NCBI GenBank assembly: GCA_041687695.1
Contig: JAWLBL010000030.1
Span: 1-64,000 of the forward strand
Direction: 5' to 3'
Origin: Myxococcota bacterium
Lineage (GTDB): Bacteria; Myxococcota_A; UBA9042; PHBI01; JAWLBL01
DNA length: 64,000 bases
Made by a program: the position numbers and the translations under genes. Under the pieces are notes generated by a model. It saw only the letters and a program-made list of their open reading frames with translations, did not search any database and was not told where the DNA came from. Positions 43,601-52,903 of the stretch are shown here, piece after piece. Positions within the stretch are counted from its first letter, which is position 1; the number at the start of each line of letters is the position of its first letter.

Positions 43601-46600
43601 GTCACCGGCTTGCCGCCCGGCGCGACCCCCGAGGGCGCCACCACGGCCTGCTCGCCCAGCGCGCGGGCCAGCGCGTCGCCGCCGAAGCGCCGCAGCGGAT
43701 CGGCGGCCAGCGCGCGCTGCTCGGCCGGCTCGAGCTTCACCGGTCCGCCCGCCGCCGGAACGTCCGCGACGACCACCCGGGTCGCGCCGCTGGGGGCCAC
43801 CACGCGCACCGCCAGCTTGCCGTTCCGAGGCCGGTCGACCGAGCGCGCAAAGGGCCCGGCGTCGGCCCCGTCCGCGGCCAGCCCCTGCACGAAGGCCGCC
43901 GCGCGCGCCTCGGCCGCCGGCGGGGACGCCAGGCTGGCGGCGTCGACGGCCGGCAGCACCCGGATCTCGACGCGCCGGTTGAACTGGCGGCTGCGCTCGT
44001 CGAAGCCCAGCCGCAGCGGCACCGTCGACCCGCGGCCGACCACCGTGAACCGGCGCGGCTCGAGGCGCAGCCGCTTGGCGAGCACGTCGGCGACGGCCAT
44101 CGCGCCGCGCCGGGTCGCCGTCATGTCCAGCTCGGGCGTGCCCGAGTCGTCGCTGTGCACCTCGACCACCAGCCGCGCGCCGGGGTTGGCCGCCAAGACC
44201 GGCCGCACGCGGTTGAGCCGCGAGATCAGCGGCCCGCGCGGCGCCATGCCGGCGTCGAACAGCTGCCCGCGCACGGTCTCCTCGTACAGCGGCGCGCCCG
44301 CGGCCCCCCAGCTGACGCCCAGCACCACGTCGGGGCTCACCGCCAGGCCGGCCGCCGGGTGCGCCACGTGCAGCCGCACCCGGTGCAGGGCCCCACGCTC
44401 CAGCACGCTGGCCGTGCCCGCGGGGTCCAGGCCGCGCCAGACGATCTCGTCGGGCGGCGCCCCCTGCCCGAACAGCTCGCGCACCAGCTGGTCGTTGCCG
44501 TCGCCGACGCGCACCACCTCGAGGCGCCAGGTCGCGCCCGTCGCGTCGGGCAGCGTCACCCTGGGCTGGAAGGTCAGCGGCGCTTCCAGCGCCAGCGGCG
44601 CCCAGGGGACGTTGACGGCGCGGGTCGGCGCTGCGCCGGGCAGGCGCACGGTCAGATCGGCGGCCAGGTCGGGCAGCGTCCGGCCGTCCAGGCTCAGGGC
44701 CAGCGTGCGGGTGTCGCCCGCCACGGTGACCACCGGCAGCGGCGCCAGCGCGACCTCGCCCGGCGGCGCCTGGCCGGCCTGGGCGGGCGCCTCGGCGCGC
44801 CCGGCGCTGACGACCTCGTGGGGGCAGGTCACGCCGAAGCGCACCTGCAACACCAGGCCCGGCGTGAAGTAGACCAGGCGCCGCACCGGCGTGGTGGGCT
44901 TCGCGCCCGGCGGCAGGGTGGCCTCGTCGACCTTGAACAGGTGCTGCCCGGGCTCGAGCTTCTTCAGGTGGAACTGCCCGGCGCGGTCCGTGTCGGAGAA
45001 CCAGCCGTGGTCGGCGTAGACGCGCACGCCGCCCAGGCCCCCTTCGCCGGGGTCCTGCTCGCCGTCGCCGTCCGCGTCGCAGAAGACCTGGCCCAGGACC
45101 AGGCTCTCGTCGAACTCGGCCTCACGCTCGAGGCGCACGACGGCCGCGCTCTGCGGCGTCAGCGCCTCGCCGCCCATCCGCAGGGCCAGGGCGCGGACGG
45201 TGTGCTCGGCGTCGACGGCGGCCGAGGGCGCCGCGACGGCCTGCAGCGTGACGAGCTGGCGCGCGCCGGCGAGCAGCTCGAGGCCCGCGAGCGCGCCGTC
45301 CTCGTCCGACACACCCAGCAGCAGCGTCCGGCGGTCGTCGGGTTCGCGCAGCGGCACCAGGGTGCCGGCCGCGTTGCGCAGGCGCGCGCTGCCCGAGACG
45401 TAGCGCAGGCCTTCGGGCAGGCGCACCTCGAGGGCCAGCGCGCCCTCGGCGCCGGGCGTGAAGTCGAGGGTGCCCTCGTTGCGCAGCTCGAGCGTGAAGG
45501 TGGCGGCCTCGCCGCGGCGGAGGGTGCGATCGAGCGCGGTGAGCGTCAGCGAGACCTGGGCGACGGCCGGGTCGAGGGCCAGGTGGTTGTGCGAGAAGGC
45601 GGCGGCGCCGGGCGCGGGGGCCCACAGCAGGAACCAGGGCGGCGCGGTCGCGGCGGCGAGCGGATCGGCCTGCGCGGTGACGGCGCCGGTGGGGCCGGTG
45701 ACGCCGGGGCCCACTTGGGGCGGGAAGCGGCGCGAGGGGAAGAGGAGATCGCTGCCCTGGGTGACGACCTCGAGGCGGTAGCGGCGCTCGGGGGGCAGGT
45801 CGAAGCGGTACAGGCCGTGGCGGCCCAGCGCCTGGTCTTGCTGGCCCAGGCCGAGCAGCTCGGCGGGGACGGGCTGCCCCGGGGCCAGCGGGTCGTCGTC
45901 GGCGTACAGGGCGCGGACCGGCAGGCCGGTGACCAGCGTGCGATCGTCGGTGCGCCACACGCGCCCCGAGGGGGTGACGGCCAGCTCGAAGCGGTTCGTG
46001 TTGGCGGTGACCTCGCGGATCTCGCGGTGGAACTGGGCGCCGGTGTCCGACAGCACGACCAGCTGGTAGCGGTCCAGCGGCAGGTCGGGCAGGACCGCGG
46101 CGCCGTCGGGACCGGCGATCGCGGCGGCAACGGGGGCGCCGGGCAGCGGGCCCGCGTCGCCGTCGGCCGGGGCGGGGTACAGGCGAACGCGGAAGCCGGG
46201 CAGGGCGAAGTCGGCGCTGCGGGTGAAGGCGCCGTCGCCGTCGCGATCTTCGTAGAGCTGGACCACCAGGCGCTGGGTGACGGCCGAGACGCCCACGGTG
46301 ACGCAAGCGGGCTCGCTGAGCAGCGGTGGGCGGCCCGACAAGGCGAGCTGGGCCGTGTTGCAGATGGCGGCGCCGTCGTTCAGCGCCGGCTTGACGGTGG
46401 CGCGGATGACCACGGTGGCCGGCGCGTCGGGGGTGGCGGTGAGGCCCTCGACCACGACCCGGGGCCCCTGGCCGGGCGAGGGCGGGGCGACGGTGGTCTT
46501 GGCGCCGGGGGGCGCCTCGACGCCCGCAAGGTCGACGGTCGGGGGCAGCGGGTCCTCGAGGCGCAGCGGGCCGGGCAGGGTGGGGCCGTCGACGTGCAGG

Positions 46601-48156
46601 TCGACCGTGTAGACGAGGGTGTCACCGGGGGCGACGGCGCCGCCGTTGGGGTCGGCGACGCGCTTTTCGACGCGCACGGCCGGCGGGGGCGGGGCGTCGG
46701 TGAGCTTGACGACGGCGGGGCCGACCGGGTGGGCGATGGGCTTGGCGGCGCCGGGGTAGCCGTAGGTCAGGCGGGCCAGGGCCTGGATCTGGTCGAGCTG
46801 CGTCGTGGGCAGGACGCGCAGGGTGAAGGTGACGGAGCGCGCCTGGTTCGGCTGGACCAGGCCGATGTTCACGCCGGAGGCCAGCTGCTGCGCGGTGATG
46901 GGGGTGTCGCCCAGGAACATCGTCCCGGGGACCACCTCGGTGCCGGGGGGCGGGAAGCTCTCGATGCGCGCGACCAGGTTCAGCGAGTGGATGGAGCCCT
47001 CGTTGACCAGATCGAGCGTGAACTTCACGTGCTCGCCCTTGGCGACCTCTTCGCGATCGGCGGTCAGGACGGACTTGGGCCCCTTGAAGCTGGGGGCGAG
47101 GCGGCTGATCGACAGGACCGAGTAGCCGAAGAAGAACACCTCGCCGTGGCCGTGGGAGGCGGGCTGGAACGAGACCACGCCGTCGCCCGAGCCGACCTGG
47201 ATGGTGGCCTGGGTCTGGCCGGGCTTGACCAGGTGCGACACGTCGACCGTGTCGATGTCGACGCCGAGGCCGTTGGAGCTGTTGAAGAAGTTCTTGGGCC
47301 AGCCCTTCTCGTCGGCCAGCTCGGTGCCGTTGAAGCGCAGGAAGTCCCAGCAGTGGCTGCACTGCACCGACGGGTCGGGGTCGGTGTCCTGGGGCGGGAC
47401 GCCGAGCGCGAAGTCGCCCTCGAGGGCGAAGGTGGTGAAGGTGGCCTGGGCGGGGTCGCCGACGTTGAAGCCGTCGATGGTGAAGGTGGCGATGCCGGCG
47501 GACTCGGGGGTCTCGTCGAGCATCATGAAGGCGTCGTACAGCAGCACGTCGCGCAGCATCGGCTCGCTGGGGGCCTCCCAGACCAGGACCAGGGACCAGC
47601 CGGCGTATTTCGCCTGGCAGCCGTTGCTGTTCGGGGCGCACTGCTTGGGGTTGAAGGGGTCGATGGCGCCGGGCTGGGCGTCGACGCCGCTGACGGACCA
47701 GGCGCCGGTCAGCTGCGGGGCGTCCTGCAGCGCGGCGGTCACGTCGGCGCGGCAGTAGTAGAAGCTGCCCAGCTGCGGGGTCCCGCGCTGCCGGCAGTCG
47801 TCGGCCTGGACGCCGATCGCGCCGCCGCTGGGCAGCTGGAGCGTCGCCGAGCTGTCGGGCGGGCCGTCCTTGCTGCCGCTCCAGAACAGGTAGGCGCCGG
47901 CGATCGTGGCGTCCTCGGGGATGGCGGCGGCCGTGACGACGGCGCTGGAGGACGGCAGCAGCTGGGCGTTGACCAGCGGGTTCTGCGGCGCGGTCGCCAT
48001 CAGCGTGTTGCCCACGCCGACGGCGCGGCCATAGACCGCGTGCTGCTTCCACAGCGTGGGCGGCTCGCCCAGGACGACGGCGCGGGCCGGGCCGAGCCAC
48101 CCGGCGGCGAGCGCGCACGCGACCAGGAGGGCGCCCAGGGAGGGGGTGCGGACCAT
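40630..48156 (-). CDS. giant outer-membrane protein: DUF3344-like, DUF11-like and SdrD-like domains, OmpA-like domain, C-terminal beta-barrel
   Basis: Signal peptide; AYLFWSG/YAGWSLVLVW; EKRVAD...PGDTLVYTV; GQVFCDADGDG; HSDD...NRRVEI; terminal FYLRMTGMY beta-signal. Confidence 0.75.
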   Translation of the reverse strand: MVRTPSLGALLVACALAAGWLGPARAVVLGEPPTLWKQHAVYGRAVGVGNTLMATAPQNPLVNAQLLPSSSAVVTAAAIPEDATIAGAYLFWSGSKDGPPDSSATLQLPSGGAIGVQADDCRQRGTPQLGSFYYCRADVTAALQDAPQLTGAWSVSGVDAQPGAIDPFNPKQCAPNSNGCQAKYAGWSLVLVWEAPSEPMLRDVLLYDAFMMLDETPESAGIATFTIDGFNVGDPAQATFTTFALEGDFALGVPPQDTDPDPSVQCSHCWDFLRFNGTELADEKGWPKNFFNSSNGLGVDIDTVDVSHLVKPGQTQATIQVGSGDGVVSFQPASHGHGEVFFFGYSVLSISRLAPSFKGPKSVLTADREEVAKGEHVKFTLDLVNEGSIHSLNLVARIESFPPPGTEVVPGTMFLGDTPITAQQLASGVNIGLVQPNQARSVTFTLRVLPTTQLDQIQALARLTYGYPGAAKPIAHPVGPAVVKLTDAPPPPAVRVEKRVADPNGGAVAPGDTLVYTVDLHVDGPTLPGPLRLEDPLPPTVDLAGVEAPPGAKTTVAPPSPGQGPRVVVEGLTATPDAPATVVIRATVKPALNDGAAICNTAQLALSGRPPLLSEPACVTVGVSAVTQRLVVQLYEDRDGDGAFTRSADFALPGFRVRLYPAPADGDAGPLPGAPVAAAIAGPDGAAVLPDLPLDRYQLVVLSDTGAQFHREIREVTANTNRFELAVTPSGRVWRTDDRTLVTGLPVRALYADDDPLAPGQPVPAELLGLGQQDQALGRHGLYRFDLPPERRYRLEVVTQGSDLLFPSRRFPPQVGPGVTGPTGAVTAQADPLAAATAPPWFLLWAPAPGAAAFSHNHLALDPAVAQVSLTLTALDRTLRRGEAATFTLELRNEGTLDFTPGAEGALALEVRLPEGLRYVSGSARLRNAAGTLVPLREPDDRRTLLLGVSDEDGALAGLELLAGARQLVTLQAVAAPSAAVDAEHTVRALALRMGGEALTPQSAAVVRLEREAEFDESLVLGQVFCDADGDGEQDPGEGGLGGVRVYADHGWFSDTDRAGQFHLKKLEPGQHLFKVDEATLPPGAKPTTPVRRLVYFTPGLVLQVRFGVTCPHEVVSAGRAEAPAQAGQAPPGEVALAPLPVVTVAGDTRTLALSLDGRTLPDLAADLTVRLPGAAPTRAVNVPWAPLALEAPLTFQPRVTLPDATGATWRLEVVRVGDGNDQLVRELFGQGAPPDEIVWRGLDPAGTASVLERGALHRVRLHVAHPAAGLAVSPDVVLGVSWGAAGAPLYEETVRGQLFDAGMAPRGPLISRLNRVRPVLAANPGARLVVEVHSDDSGTPELDMTATRRGAMAVADVLAKRLRLEPRRFTVVGRGSTVPLRLGFDERSRQFNRRVEIRVLPAVDAASLASPPAAEARAAAFVQGLAADGADAGPFARSVDRPRNGKLAVRVVAPSGATRVVVADVPAAGGPVKLEPAEQRALAADPLRRFGGDALARALGEQAVVAPSGVAPGGKPVTADQLKVKLPPRGLPLGTNRLFLAGETHPDNRVTVNGVAVGVDDQGRFSTTAPLPTGKSELVIVSTDAAGYTARVTWPVEVTDREFFLLALADGAVGQVGARLAERTEATSTETDGVFLQGRGALYLKGRVSGSALAEELFVTAHLDTARRREFTPFYEQVIDPARDYAVFGDASADIQDAQARGPLYVLVEADRSRLKVGNFRTDLQGIELLRYQRTFYGVEVDLNHAVAEGFDTRLQGFATDDNDTLVRGQDELRATGGSLYYLSHRELIEGSDKIEIVVREQLTGMELARVTLLRDRDYRVDYRDGRVTMKAPLASTVDALFTIGDLQPFGGREILDGHEVWVVATYEARDGGVAGQYAYGVHGAQRLGKHLEIGGGYVREQRRAGEDYELLGAHAKVDVTEDTRLTLEFAESLSSDGATRVSNDGGLNYRQLDRSGGERHGFGFKAGLDSHVGKLVGEEALDLRVTGWYQSMDPGFHAWGHTLQRGMEKVGGQALFRPTEHDQVLLRADLDTVLLTERETDRDRFDALTRLRYSGQYRRRIGRLGLLAEGAWAQHRDDGDGVVHDTAAVALGGSWAFTDRLTGTLSQEAVLAGDDAVVGSSLGDRMTTNVGLIYKLTDDFALSVGEILRWNGDNATRVGVRTRLVDSANVYLEERFQTQRETGDLVHATVVGADTNLDEAGLGRAWGEYRLDTGVAARTNRAVLGLSRRFPLAEGVSLSGAYEHTQTFGGYEGRGGRDVVSAGLEVLAWDRLKLGGRYEVRWDRGDQVQDGSERIQALLMNGLDFKLTEDLTFLGVGNYTLTQNLTNRSVEEEALEATAGLAYRPVEADWLTLVARATRHLRHRDLVLVGPDGAPLGLTQRQLSSLFSVAAIFELPWRFQLAEKVAWKHVTTRLSGSPEATDDLVLWVNRLGYHLVDGFDAAVEYRLLHSALAGGTQHGALVELAYTIARHVRLGAGYNFTDFSDDLLDDPDRDHGGFYLRMTGMY

Positions 48157-48328
48157 CGTGCTCCGATCGGGAAGACCGGCGGCGCGAGGGAGGGTGGCCG
48201 CCGGAAAAGCCCGCGCATGCTAGCGCGAGCCTTTGTCGCGATCCAATTCGTCCCGAGGCGTCAACGTCGGGTGCCGTTTCGGCGCGTCCCTGCAGGGGCG
48301 TCGGACGCGGAGGTCGCCCCGCTCGGGC

Positions 48329-49954
48329 CTACTCGGGGTTGAAGAGCAGGAGGTTCGTCGGGTGCGTCAGGGCGCCGGCGCCGTCGGTGCCGATGCCGCC
48401 GACCAGCAGGGCCATCCCGCTCTCGAGCGACGCGGCCTGCGCGCCGGCCAGGAACTGCGGCAGGTAGGGCACGCCCCCCGCCGCGCTGGGGGCCACCGCG
48501 ATGACGAAGATGTTGTTGGTCGGATCGAGGAACTCGTGGATGACCTCTACGTCACCCAGCAGCGCCCCGCCCGGTCCCACGCCGCCCGCCAGCAGCACGC
48601 CGTTGCGCGGCAGGGCCGCCGCCGTGTGGCCGCCGCGCGGGGTGGCCAGCTGGAAGCCGCCGATCTCGTTCTGGAAGACGTTGTTGCCGATGTCGTAGAC
48701 GCTGATCGCGCTCGAGGCCGCGCTGCGATCGAGCGCCGTGAAGCCGCCCGCCAGGTAGATGTAGCCGCGGCTCTCCACCCAGGTCGCCGTGTGCTGCGTC
48801 CGGCCCTCGCCCAGGCCGGTCGGCAGCGGGAACATGACGTCGCCGCCGATGTCGTAGACCAGCGCCGAGGCGAGCGGCCCGTCGTCGGACTCGCCGCCCG
48901 TGATGAGCACGTAGGGGCTGGCCTGGCCGGGGATCTCGAACAGCGTCGCCTGGTGATGGCGGCGCGGCGAGCCGTCGGGCAGGTCGGCCCGCTTCTGCAT
49001 CCCGGTCAGCGGGTTCCAGATCTCGTAGGTGCCCACCCCGTCCATGTCGCCGCCGACGAACAGGATGGTGTGCGAGAAGCCGTCGACCAGCGTCGCCGTG
49101 TGCCCGGCGCGGGCCTTGTCGAGCTGCCGGTCGAGCCGGTCGACCGTGCCGGTGGGGCCAGGGTTGTAGACGTCGACGTCCTTGCGCGCGACCGGCGGGC
49201 CTCCGTCGACCGGGGCCCACCCGCCCGCGAGCAGGACCTGCCCGGTCTCGAGCGCCGTGCCGGTGTGCCACACGCGCCCCTGCACCATCGCGGCGTGCGG
49301 GCGGCGCGTGTTGGTCCGCTCCTCGATCACCTCGACGGCGTTGCTGATGGCGGCCACGCCCTCGCCCGTCCACCACGGGTCCGACGCGTCGGCCAGCGTG
49401 CCTCCGCCGGCCACGACGATCTCGCCGCGCACCGTGCGCGTGACCGTGTGCCCGACGCGCCCCTGGCTCAAGGCCTGCGGCGCGCGCTGCACGGCGTCGG
49501 CCATGGGGAAGATCGAGTTGACGCGCGCCATCAGCACGTTGAGCGCCTGCTCGCCGCCGCCCTGCTGCACGCGGGCGCGCACGCTGCGTCCTCGGCTGAC
49601 CACCGCGCCCGGTTTGCCCGAGGCGTTGCGGGTCCAGCCCTCGATGGTCACCTGCCGCCCGTTGCCGAACGGGATGCCCTCGAGCGAGGCCGAGCCCTCG
49701 CTCGAGAAGGAGACCACCTTCTCGTAGGCCTGCGAGAGCCCGTCGCCCTCGACCAGCACCCGCAAAAAGCCCACGTTCTCGAAGGGGTCGGGCGCGCCGG
49801 GCGCGGTGTACAGCGCCACCGCCAGGCCCTTCTCCGACGGCGCCTCGTCACAGGCCGCCATCCCGAACCCGGCGAGCGCCCCGAAGAGCCCCGCCGCGCG
49901 GAGCCAACCGAACGCCCTGCCCACGCCAACGCTCCCAAGCACCTTCGACGTCAC
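48329..49954 (-). CDS. Kelch-repeat lipoprotein
   Basis: Repeated R-x-x-H-T-A-T...GG units; lipobox MAAC. Start uncertain (GTG 49954 coupled to the upstream stop, or GTG 49924). Confidence 0.8.
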   Translation of the reverse strand: MTSKVLGSVGVGRAFGWLRAAGLFGALAGFGMAACDEAPSEKGLAVALYTAPGAPDPFENVGFLRVLVEGDGLSQAYEKVVSFSSEGSASLEGIPFGNGRQVTIEGWTRNASGKPGAVVSRGRSVRARVQQGGGEQALNVLMARVNSIFPMADAVQRAPQALSQGRVGHTVTRTVRGEIVVAGGGTLADASDPWWTGEGVAAISNAVEVIEERTNTRRPHAAMVQGRVWHTGTALETGQVLLAGGWAPVDGGPPVARKDVDVYNPGPTGTVDRLDRQLDKARAGHTATLVDGFSHTILFVGGDMDGVGTYEIWNPLTGMQKRADLPDGSPRRHHQATLFEIPGQASPYVLITGGESDDGPLASALVYDIGGDVMFPLPTGLGEGRTQHTATWVESRGYIYLAGGFTALDRSAASSAISVYDIGNNVFQNEIGGFQLATPRGGHTAAALPRNGVLLAGGVGPGGALLGDVEVIHEFLDPTNNIFVIAVAPSAAGGVPYLPQFLAGAQAASLESGMALLVGGIGTDGAGALTHPTNLLLFNPE

Positions 49955-51648
49955 TGACCTCTCCTCCACGTGACCGTCGTCGCGAACCCGGGCGCCTGCT
50001 CCTCGCTCGGCTGAGTCGCCAGCAGGACCGCCGTCACGCCCCCGGCGACCCCCGCGCCCACGGCCCACACCCACCAGTTCTCGTACCACCGCTTGTCGCC
50101 GTCGTCAGGTTGCTTCACCTGCCACGGCAGCTCGTCCGGGCGGCCGTAGTTGCCGAGGCCCCCGCGGCCGTCGTCGACCGGCGGGCGCTTGACCACCGAG
50201 TCGGCCGGGCGCGGCTCGACCCGCACGACGGGCTCGGGCTTGGGCTGGGGCCGGGGCTCGACCTTGGCGACCGGCACGGGCTTGGGCTCGACCTTGGCGA
50301 CCGGCTCGGGCTTGGGCTCGACCTTGGCGACCGGCTCGGGCTTGGGCTCGACCTTGGCGACCGGCACGGGCTTGGGCTCGACCTTGGCGACCGGCTCGGG
50401 CTTGGGCTCGACCTTGACCACCACGGGGGCCGGCTTCTCGTAGATCTTGCTGGTCCCCGCCACGACGCGGCTGCGCGGGAAGACCACCAGCGACTGCGCG
50501 ACCCGCTCCTCGAGCGAGAGCAGCGCCACCTGCATGTTGCTCAGCTCGCTGTCGAGCTGCACCCACTCGAGCTCGGCCACCTGCTTGATGCTGGGCTCGT
50601 ACAGGAACGTCGCCAGCTCGTACCCGCCGCCCGCCGGCGCGCGCCGGATGAAGGTCAGCACGATCGCGTCCAGCCGATGCGCCTCGGCGATGGCCCCCGC
50701 GTTGGCCAGGAAGGCCGCGTCCAGCTGCCCGCTCGCCACCGCCGCCTCGAGCGCCTTCGGATCGATGGACGCCGCCGGCCGCGCCACGACCGCGTTCGCG
50801 TCCGGCTTGAGCCGCGTGGTCACCGCCTGGTCCTTGGCCGACGCCGTGACCACCTTGGCCCACGGCTTGTGCCCGTCCTTGACCACCCGGACCACGTGCT
50901 TGCCGCGCGACAGCCCGTCGATGGTCACCGGCGTCTGCCCCTTCGGCACGCCGTCCAGGTACACGTCGGCGCCCTCGGGCTGGCTCGTCACCTCGACCTT
51001 GCCCAGCTCGGCCGCCCCGTAGATCGCCTTGAGCCGCGCCAGCGCCTGGATCGCCGCCGCAGGCACCTTGCGCTTGTCGAGCACGATGTCCGGCCGCAGC
51101 ACCAGCACGCGCCCCAGCGCGTCCTCGCCGTTGTCGTCGTACTCCGCCAGGAAGTAGCTCAAGGCCACCCCCAGCGCCGCGTCCACGTACTTGTCGAAGT
51201 CGACCAGATCGTCGAAGCCCTTCTCGTACAGGCCCATCGCCGACTTGAAGCCCTTCACCGCCTCCAGGTACTTGCCCTTGCCGGCCAGCTCCTTGGCGTC
51301 CCACAGGGCCTTGTCGGCCTTGACCAGCGTCGGGTTGGTCTCGACCGGCTTCTTCTCGGGCGGCGGCGGTCCGCCCGCCAGATCCGCCGGCGTGACCACC
51401 TTCACGCGCGCGTTCATGTCCAGGATCGTGTGCAGGTACTCCTGCACACGCCCCGGCACCACGCTCGATACGCTCTCGGCCCGCTGCAGCGGCACCAGCA
51501 GCACCCGCGCCGGCTCACCCTCGGCGGCCACCGCCATCCGCGGCGCCATCGGCGTCACCAGCGCCACCGCCAGGGTCACCGCCAGCGCGCGCCGCCACGG
51601 GCTGTGGCGCTTGCCGGCGGGTCGGGTCGTCGTGGTCGTGCCTCTCAT
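49951..51648 (-). CDS. PEGA domain protein with Pro/Lys/Glu linker and C-terminal hydrophobic segment
   Basis: VTSQPEGADVYLDG...TPVTIDGL; KRWYENWWVW followed by a hydrophobic stretch. Confidence 0.85.
   Translation of the reverse strand: MRGTTTTTRPAGKRHSPWRRALAVTLAVALVTPMAPRMAVAAEGEPARVLLVPLQRAESVSSVVPGRVQEYLHTILDMNARVKVVTPADLAGGPPPPEKKPVETNPTLVKADKALWDAKELAGKGKYLEAVKGFKSAMGLYEKGFDDLVDFDKYVDAALGVALSYFLAEYDDNGEDALGRVLVLRPDIVLDKRKVPAAAIQALARLKAIYGAAELGKVEVTSQPEGADVYLDGVPKGQTPVTIDGLSRGKHVVRVVKDGHKPWAKVVTASAKDQAVTTRLKPDANAVVARPAASIDPKALEAAVASGQLDAAFLANAGAIAEAHRLDAIVLTFIRRAPAGGGYELATFLYEPSIKQVAELEWVQLDSELSNMQVALLSLEERVAQSLVVFPRSRVVAGTSKIYEKPAPVVVKVEPKPEPVAKVEPKPVPVAKVEPKPEPVAKVEPKPEPVAKVEPKPVPVAKVEPRPQPKPEPVVRVEPRPADSVVKRPPVDDGRGGLGNYGRPDELPWQVKQPDDGDKRWYENWWVWAVGAGVAGGVTAVLLATQPSEEQAPGFATTVTWRRGQ
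50254..50416. repeat. in-frame 30-bp tandem repeat encoding VAKVEPKP(E/V)P
   Basis: About five near-identical units of GGGCTCGACCTTGGCGACCGGC(A/T)CGGGCTT plus a partial unit. Confidence 0.9.
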
Positions 51649-51793
51649 GGCTCCCCCCATGCTGCGGTCTCCGCCGATTGCCTCGGCCGGCCCGTTCGTG
51701 CCATGAACCGGGCCGAACACCTCCGCGGGACTCCCGCTCCGACGGCGTCGAGCCTCGCAGAGGTACCCCCAACGGCCCATCCAAGTCAATTCG

Positions 51794-52903
51794 TTGCAGA
51801 ATCCGCAACATCCGGGGCCCGCCCCGGCGCCCGGCCTCCGCCGCGAGATCACCGCCGCCCTGACGCTCCTGTTCGCGGCCACCGGGCTCATCGCCCTGGT
51901 CAGCCTGGCCCTGCCGTGGCTGCGCGGATACCAGCAGGCCCTGCTCGCCGTGGCCCTGTTCGTCGTCCCCACGGCCGTGCTGCGCCGCACAGCGACCCGC
52001 ATCGACGACCTCGGCGTCGATCTCGGCCCCTGGACCCGCACGGCCGCGCTCTCGGCCGCCGCCGTCGCCATCGTCTTCCCGCTCTTCATCGCCGGTCACC
52101 ACCTCGTCCAGACCCAGCTCCTCGGTCGCACCTTCCGCCCCGACCCCGACGCGCTCATGCGCTGGGGCGACGGCCGTGACCAGCCGCCCCCGAGGCCGTG
52201 CGCCGACGCCCCCGGCGCCCCCACCGTGGCCTGGTTCGGCGGGGGCGGCCTCTGGGTCGTCGGGCCCTCCGATGGGACGCTCGCCGTCACCGTCCGATCT
52301 CCCGACGACGTCATCGCCGCCCGGACCGTGACCTGCCGCGGCCCCGACGTCCCCGCCACCAGCCGCGTCGTCCGCCCCGGCCCCGACGGCCGCCTGGTCG
52401 CCGACGGCGCCCGCGGCCTGTGGATCCCGCTGGGCGACGCCCGCGATCTCGACGTCCGCGTCACCCTCGACGACCGCCCCGTCCCGGCCGCCGACCTGCG
52501 CTTGGGCGAGATCGCCGAGCGCGCCGACGCCGACGGCCACCTGACCGGCTCACGCGACCTCTGGTGGCTGCTGGGCTTCCTGGTCATCCACCTGGGTCTG
52601 GTCGCCCTGCCCGAGGAGTGGTTCTTCCGCGGCTACCTGCAGACCCGCCTCGACCAATGGCTCGGCACGCCCTGGCGCCTCATGGGCGCCTCCGTCGGCC
52701 CGGGGCTCCTCTTCGCCTCGCTGGCCTTCGCCCTGCTGCACCCGATCCTCATCCCCGGGCCGCACCGCCTGCTGGTCTTCTTCCCCAGCCTGCTCTTCGG
52801 CTGGCTGCGCGCCCGCGGCGGCAACATCGGCCCGGCGGTCGTCGTCCACGCCCTCGCGAACCTGCTGCAGGCCGTGGTCAGCCCGCTCTACGTCTCGGCC
52901 TGA
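51794..52903 (+). CDS. CPBP intramembrane glutamic endopeptidase, myxosortase (MrtC)-like
   Basis: VALPEEWFFRGYLQ, FALLH and LLVFFPSLLFGWLR...VHA. Confidence 0.75.
   Translation: MQNPQHPGPAPAPGLRREITAALTLLFAATGLIALVSLALPWLRGYQQALLAVALFVVPTAVLRRTATRIDDLGVDLGPWTRTAALSAAAVAIVFPLFIAGHHLVQTQLLGRTFRPDPDALMRWGDGRDQPPPRPCADAPGAPTVAWFGGGGLWVVGPSDGTLAVTVRSPDDVIAARTVTCRGPDVPATSRVVRPGPDGRLVADGARGLWIPLGDARDLDVRVTLDDRPVPAADLRLGEIAERADADGHLTGSRDLWWLLGFLVIHLGLVALPEEWFFRGYLQTRLDQWLGTPWRLMGASVGPGLLFASLAFALLHPILIPGPHRLLVFFPSLLFGWLRARGGNIGPAVVVHALANLLQAVVSPLYVSA

Noticed and set aside
40924..48342. Very long antisense ORFs (also 1499-4510, 36769-40494, 15706-17919 and others)
   Set aside because: These are shadow frames expected opposite high-GC3 genes; they have no recognisable motifs.
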